Shown in pieces: positions 57,793 through 64,000 of a DNA stretch of 64,000 nucleotides. Positions within the stretch are counted from its first letter, which is position 1; the number at the start of each line of letters is the position of its first letter. A program made the position numbers and the translations under genes. The notes below the pieces were generated by a model, which was given only the letters and a program-made list of their open reading frames with translations, was not told the DNA's origin and did no database searches. The stretch is from Azolla caroliniana (Eukaryota > Plantae > Polypodiophyta): positions 15,004,001 through 15,068,000 of the forward strand of contig JBHGNT010000005.1 in assembly GCA_043228905.1 (NCBI GenBank), written 5' to 3'.

Positions 57793-59625
57793 GAATATGG
57801 GTCTCTAATGGACGTATTCACATTGTCCCATTTGACACACTAGGTTTTGGCTATTCTTGTAAATTGTGGAAAGGGTAGTTGCCCTAAGTCAATTTGTATT
57901 TAAACTAACTATTGTAATCTAGTGTTGTGGGTGTTCATTTTGTACATTATACTCTAGTAGCATTCTAAGAATAATATAGTTACATCTTGTGTGTGCCTAC
58001 TTTGTTGTCTCTCTTCCTTTCGTTCTATTGTTGATCTTGTCCAAGGTTTCAGTTGTCATGTGTTCTTAATCTGTTTCTTTGTACACTCTGAGGACCTTCA
58101 TCTCAAAGAGTGATGAGATTGTTCCACACATGATGGCTAAACTAAAACATCTAGTATCAAAGCTTGGTGTTTTCGATCCTACATCCACCCGTCTACTTTG
58201 TCTTCATCAACAACTCTTCCTTCATCCCTTCTAAAGATCATGTCTAGTATAACATATTCCAAGATTTCAATCCTACTAAAATCCCTCATTTGACAACTCT
58301 CTACAAGATCATTTTCAGCGAAGAGAAACACATGAAAAGTTTGTACTCCATTGTTCTAAATCACTATTAAAGTAAGTCAGCCGGCTATACTCTGTCTTCT
58401 TGTGATTGTATCCTCAGAGTGATATTTCTTCATTGGATAGGCCATACTTGTACTTCATTCGGTTAGGTGACAATCGAATAGGACATCCAACGTTATTCAC
58501 TCAATTGTTGTAACCACTCAAAGCAAAGGCGGCCCCAGAAACAACCCACTTCCATGCTTCGTTCGACTAGACAACATTCGGGAAGACCAGTTGGATTTGT
58601 CCCTCTTATTTTCGTAGTCACCCGAAGAAGGATTGGCTTGGATAATCGGCACAAAGGCACATAACCTATGATCGGTACTTTGAAATCAGCATTCGAAGTC
58701 CAATCGGCTAACCAGTTGGCGCATTCATGTCCAACTCGGCTAAGTTGTTTGATTGTAGCCACTTCGGACAAAACCTACCAATAGTTGAATCCGATTCGGC
58801 TCTTGTCCAAATCCGACTAGAAAGATATCGAGTGAGCCAGTCAACTACACCCTACCACTATTCGTAGTTGACTCCGGACAAAGTTCAGCAAACTGACACA
58901 AATGGCATCAACATTCGGCTCATCAAAAATGAGTCAAAGAAGTTCGATGAATCAAACTTCAACTTCTGGAAGGAGTAAATGCAGGACTATCTAATAGTCA
59001 AGGGCCAGATTAACTCAACCAAGACTGAAGATGCTCCAGAAGGATACAAGCCAAATGAGTGGCAGATGCTGAATAGAATCGTCCACGCCACAATTCGAAT
59101 GCACCTATCGGAGTTAGTGTACTTCATAGTGCAATTGTGTTCAACCACCTTCCAACTATGGAAGACACTCTCGAATACTTACGAAAAGAAGGTTGCGCCC
59201 ATAAAGATATATTTGATTTGGCACCTCTACAACCCTCGGATGAAAGAATACGACTTGGTCCAAGCACACCTGAACGAGTACAAAAGTCCAAGCTCCCAGA
59301 TTTCGGCCTAGGGGACGACAATTGAAGACGAATTGAGAGCTATGTTACTCTTGAGCATGAGAAACTTTTGTCCCAATTGTGTGCAATGTGTCAACTGCAA
59401 CAGTAAAATACTCCGAAGTCACTAGCACAATCCTTACTAAAATAGCTCAACGGAAATCGTTTGCAAACAATTTAGCCAGTGATGCTTAAGTAGTACAGGG
59501 TTCGACCCACCGACCGATTAGTCATGGGAGAAGTTATTCCTGACTGCCGACAAATTAGCAAGTCCCAGAACAATTGAACCTGCAATCATTGCAAGAAATT
59601 CAGACATATCAAGGCTGACTGTTGC
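57793..59625 (+). mobile_element. Older 5' part of a copia of the 13093-17440 family
   Basis: LTR remnant with TAATGGACGTATTCAC and GTAGTTGCCCTAAGTC, degenerate PBS TAGTATCAAAGC near 58152, leader homologous to 13550-14090, gag MQDYLIVKGQI ending in a CCHC knuckle near 59581. Confidence 0.85.
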
Positions 59626-59876
59626 TGTTGTGATATGTTTGTGCCACGATGAGAAAATAACCTCTACCAAATGATATGAACTCATTCAAATATTTGTAAA
59701 TGGTTGTTTACTTATGCGATAGCTAATAACTTGATAAGAACCATTCGCCATAGGATGATAATAGCTAGTTGAATCTACGATAAAACATAATATAGAGTAG
59801 AATATTTTAAAGCTAAATACCTATTATCAACACATTTTGCTCTTATGACTATTAGGTATTTTAGCTATTAAAGCTA

Positions 59877-62800
59877 TGTTAGGATTTCGGTCCCTCCGGA
59901 TGGGATGATGAAGGCCCGGTGAGAACCGGATGATGAGTACTTGGCAAGGAAGACCTGGTGAGAACGGGATGATGCAGGCCTAGTGAGAGCCTCTCACCGG
60001 ATGAAGGGACATATATGTAAATATGTTTCCGAGAGCCCATTGGGGCTATACTTGTAAATAGTCCTAAAGTCATATTAGTATAAATATGACCTAGGGGAAA
60101 CACTTTATGATGATGGTGTATTGAGGCTAGTATTGTGATATAGAGTTATTGGTGTAAACGTTGTACAAAGAGAGAGAGAGAGAGATACAAAGTGTGTCTC
60201 TGTTGTAACTACCGTCAGGCAAAGATTGAGAGCAAGAGGTCGTTGCCTCTGTGTTCCTTTGTTGTATTCTCCTTACATAGTGATAGTTGGAGTTTGTGGA
60301 CTCCCGTGGTTTTTCCCATTTAGGTTTTTCCACGTAAACATATTGTGTACTCTCTCTCATATTGTTTGTGTGTACATGCATTTACCTTCATTGCCTATTT
60401 CATCTGTGTTTGTGACTCTCACGAAGTGATTGAAGTCTCGGTTGTGGCTGAGATATATTCCGCACACGCATAGTTCTCTGCAATCTAGTATCAGAGCAAA
60501 ACGGCACAGAAAATGGAAGAATCCTACGGCGGCATGCACAAGCTCACCGGCTCCAGTACAGTGTGGAAGTCAAAGATGAGGGACATGCTCATGGTGAAAG
60601 GTCTTTGGTTGTCGGTTCAGTTCGAGGACAAGAGACTAAACAAGATCGATGCCACGGTGTGGGAGGTGATGCACATGAAGACGACGGCATACATCCGGTG
60701 CTTCATCGACATGAGCCTGTACAAAAACTTCAATGAAGAGAGCAAGGCTCATGAGCTCTAGGAGAAGATCAGCATTATGTTTCAGAACAAAAATGTTTTT
60801 AATCGGGTTTCAGTATTTTGGAAGCTAGTGAGGCTCCGGTACCAAGACGGCTCCAATATGGTGGAGCACATGAATGCCTTCCAGGGGCTGATACACCAAG
60901 CAACCTCATTGGAAGTACATATCGCCGATGAGGTACTTGCTCTACTCCTGCTCGGTTCCCTCCCGGATAGCTAGGAGACGTTAGTTGTCATGTTGGGCAA
61001 CGCCAGGCCAGAAGGAAAATAGCTATCCCTAGCAAGGGTCAAGTCGAGCTTGCTAGATGAGGAGGCGCGTTGGAAAGACAAGGAGATAATCTCCGACGCC
61101 AAAGCCCTCCTTACCGAATCGAAACGCTAAAGACAAAGGAATCGGAGTCCCCAGAACCGGGAAAAGTCGGGGACACGGTCAAAGTCAAGGGGGAGGCCCA
61201 CTTGCTTCTATTGCGGCAAGGTGGGGCACTTCCAGAAGAACTGTCGACATTTCTGGAAAGACAAGGGAACCAACAGTACCGATTCGAAGAAGTCACTGGA
61301 CCGAAACGGTTCGGATCGGCGAGGCCCGGACCGGAAGGGAACGACGGCGATCGCGGCAAGTGAAGAAGAACTAATGCTCATCACCAAGGAGAGTGAGTTG
61401 AACCTTGCCGTCGACGAGACAACGTGCGTTGTCGATTCCGGATCGTCGTTCCAGCTCACCCCGGACCGGAAATGCTTCTCATCCTACACAACCGGTGAGC
61501 ACGGATGTGTCCGGATGGGGAATAAAGGGACATGTCGAATTATCGGCATAGGAGATGTCTTGTTGATGACATCAACCGGATGCAAGTTGTTGCTGAAGGA
61601 TGTCTGACATGTTTCGGAGGTTCGACTGAACCTGATATTAGCCGGTCGGCTAGATGATGAAGGCTACATAGGTAGCATCCGGAACGGTGTCATGAAGTTC
61701 AGCAACAGGAGCCTAATAGTGGCTCAGGCCCGAAAAGTCAACACTCTGTACCTAATGAATGCCCGGTTATGCCGGGAAGAAGTGAATGTTGCATTCGACA
61801 CTGCTGGTGAGCTATGGCACAAGAGACTGTGTCACATGAGTGAGAAGGGGATGAAGAGGCTTGCTGATGACAACCTCATTCCGATGAAAGACGTGCATCT
61901 TGAGAAGTGCACCAACTGCCTGGCCAGTAAGCAAAACCAGACCTCCTTTTGCTCAAGGCCACCGATGAGATGTAATGCACCACTAGAGCTGGTGCATACT
62001 GATGTGTGTCAAGTGGACACGAAGTCACATGCGGATCGCAGTACTTTGTGACGTTCATAGACGACCACAGCTGAAAGTTGTGGGCCACACCGCTAAAGGT
62101 GAAGGATCAAGTGGTATCCGTCTTTAAGGAGCTCCACGCGAGAGTGGAAAGAGAAACCGGCCGGAAGTTGAAGGTGGTTCGAGCAGATAACGGAGGAGAA
62201 TACCATGGGCAGTTTGAGGAGTATTGCCGCTCGAAGGGAATCCGGCTCGAATTTACCCTGCCGAAGAAGTCGGAACTAAACGGGCTGGCCGAAAGGATGA
62301 ACCGAACCATAACTGAGAGGGTCCGGAGTATGCTAGCACATGCTAAGCTACCCAAGACGTTTTGGGCTGAGGCATTGTCAACAACGACGTATGTGATAAA
62401 TAGATCATCCTCAATGCCCTTGGACGGAGACACGCCAGAGAGAGTATGGACCGGTAAGGAAGTGTCTTACCGGCACTTGAAGGTGTTCGGGTGTCTCGCT
62501 TACGTGCATGTGGCAAAGGACTGGAGAGCAAAGTTGGATCCAAAGTCCCGACCTTGCATATTCCTCGGATACGGCGATGATGAGTTCGGCTACCAAGTGT
62601 GGGACCCCGTAGACAAGAAGGTGTTCTGTAGTCGAGATATTATCTTCATGGAGGACAAGACTCTTGCCGATTGGGAGTCAGAGAAGAAGATAATGAACTC
62701 TGAGTCGACCGGAAAGAACCAATACGATGAGATGCAATCCCAACTGGCAAAGAGCCGGTTAATACTCGAAGAACCGGTCAGTTATGGAGAGGACACCGAA

Positions 62801-64000
62801 CCGGCAGAAGAAGAAGAGGAAGCAGGAACCGGAACCAGCCAAGATCTCGAATCGGATTCGGATGAAGAACAAATAAAGGAACAGGTTGCCGAAAACCAAG
62901 GACGCAAATATCCTCTCAAAGAGAGAAGGGCCCCTAGAGATTTCTGGATCCAGAGCATATACTGCTAACCGATGAGGGGGAGCCGGAAAGATTCAAAGAA
63001 GCTAAGAGAGACACCCACAGCCGCAAGTGGTTGAGTGCCATGCAAGAGGAGATGGATTCCTGGCATGAGAACCACACATATGAATTGGTGGAGTTGCCGA
63101 AAGGAAAGAGGGCACTCCGAAACAAGTGGGTGTACAAGCTGAAACCGGGAGATGCCGGCAACCCCTCGAGATACAAAGCTAGGATCATGGTGAAGGGGTT
63201 CCAGCAGAAGAAGGGCATGGACTTTGACGAGATATTTTCCCTGGTAGTAAAGATGACTTCCATCCGGACGGTATTGAGCATATTGGCAAGCATGGATCTT
63301 GAGGTAGAGCAGTTAGACGTGAAGACGGCATTCCTCCACGGTGACCTCGAAGAGGAGATCTACATGCGTCAACCGGAAGGATTTGAGAAGAAAGGGAAGG
63401 AGCACCTGTTGTGCCGGCTGAAGAAGAGCTTATACAGACTGAAGCAAGCTCCCCGACAATGGTACCGGAAGTTCGACTCCTTCATGACCGATTAAGGGTA
63501 CCATAAGACGCAAACCGATCACTGCGTGTTTGTGAAGAAATTCGACGGAGGAGACTTCCTGATACTCCTCATGTATGTGGACGACATGTTGATCGTCGGA
63601 CGAGACCAAGTCAAGATACGGCTGTTGAAGAAGGCTCTGAACCGGACCTTCTCAATAAAAGACTTGGGTCCGGCAAGACAGATATTGGGGATGCACATCA
63701 TCCGGGACCGATCGAAGAAGATGTTGTGTTTGTCACAAGAGAAGTACGTGACAAAGGTGCTTCAATGGTTCAACATGTCAGATGCAAAACCGATCGGATC
63801 GACACTCCCAGAAAACTACAGGTTATCCGGTAAGCAAACCCCGAAGACGAAGGCAAAGAAGGAGGATATTTATGAAGATATCATATGCCTCTGCCGTCGG
63901 GAGCTTAATGTACGCAATCGTGTGTACCCGACTGGATATCGGATACGCAGTCGGAGTGGTGAGCCGGTTTATAAGCAATCTCGGCAAGGCGCATTGCTAG
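59877..64000 (+). mobile_element. Ty1/copia element (5' LTR, PBS, decayed gag-PR-INT-RT) running off the window end
   Basis: LTR 59877-60482, PBS TAGTATCAGAGC, gag from 60513 with CCHC, protease VVDSGSSF, integrase RADNGGEY/NGLAERMNRT, RT QLDVKTAFLHG/YVDDML. Multiple stops. Confidence 0.93.

Overview
Land-plant nuclear DNA, probably fern-like. That is an inference from the style of the PLS-class PPR gene, the Tcn1-like chromoviruses and the retroelement density. There is one intact host gene, a 768-aa PLS/E-type pentatricopeptide-repeat protein (2564-4870, minus). The remaining ~58 kb is a deep stack of nested, mostly decayed LTR retrotransposons: several Ty1/copia families, two chromovirus types, a GC-rich gypsy family, and an Athila/Tat-like gypsy with an extra coiled-coil ORF. 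The youngest element is a deleted copia (13093-17440) with near-identical LTRs and a GTCCG target-site duplication (TSD). Most notable non-coding signals: (1) four LTRs carry an antisense tRNA-like A-box/B-box module next to their 5' terminus; (2) a ~60-nt stem-loop with compensatory base changes is shared by two dissimilar LTR-like elements and tandemly amplified six times in one; (3) a captured C-terminal fragment of S-adenosylmethionine synthetase sits inside an insert bracketed by a ~160-190 bp duplication. All coordinates and alignments were done by eye, and no database searches were run.
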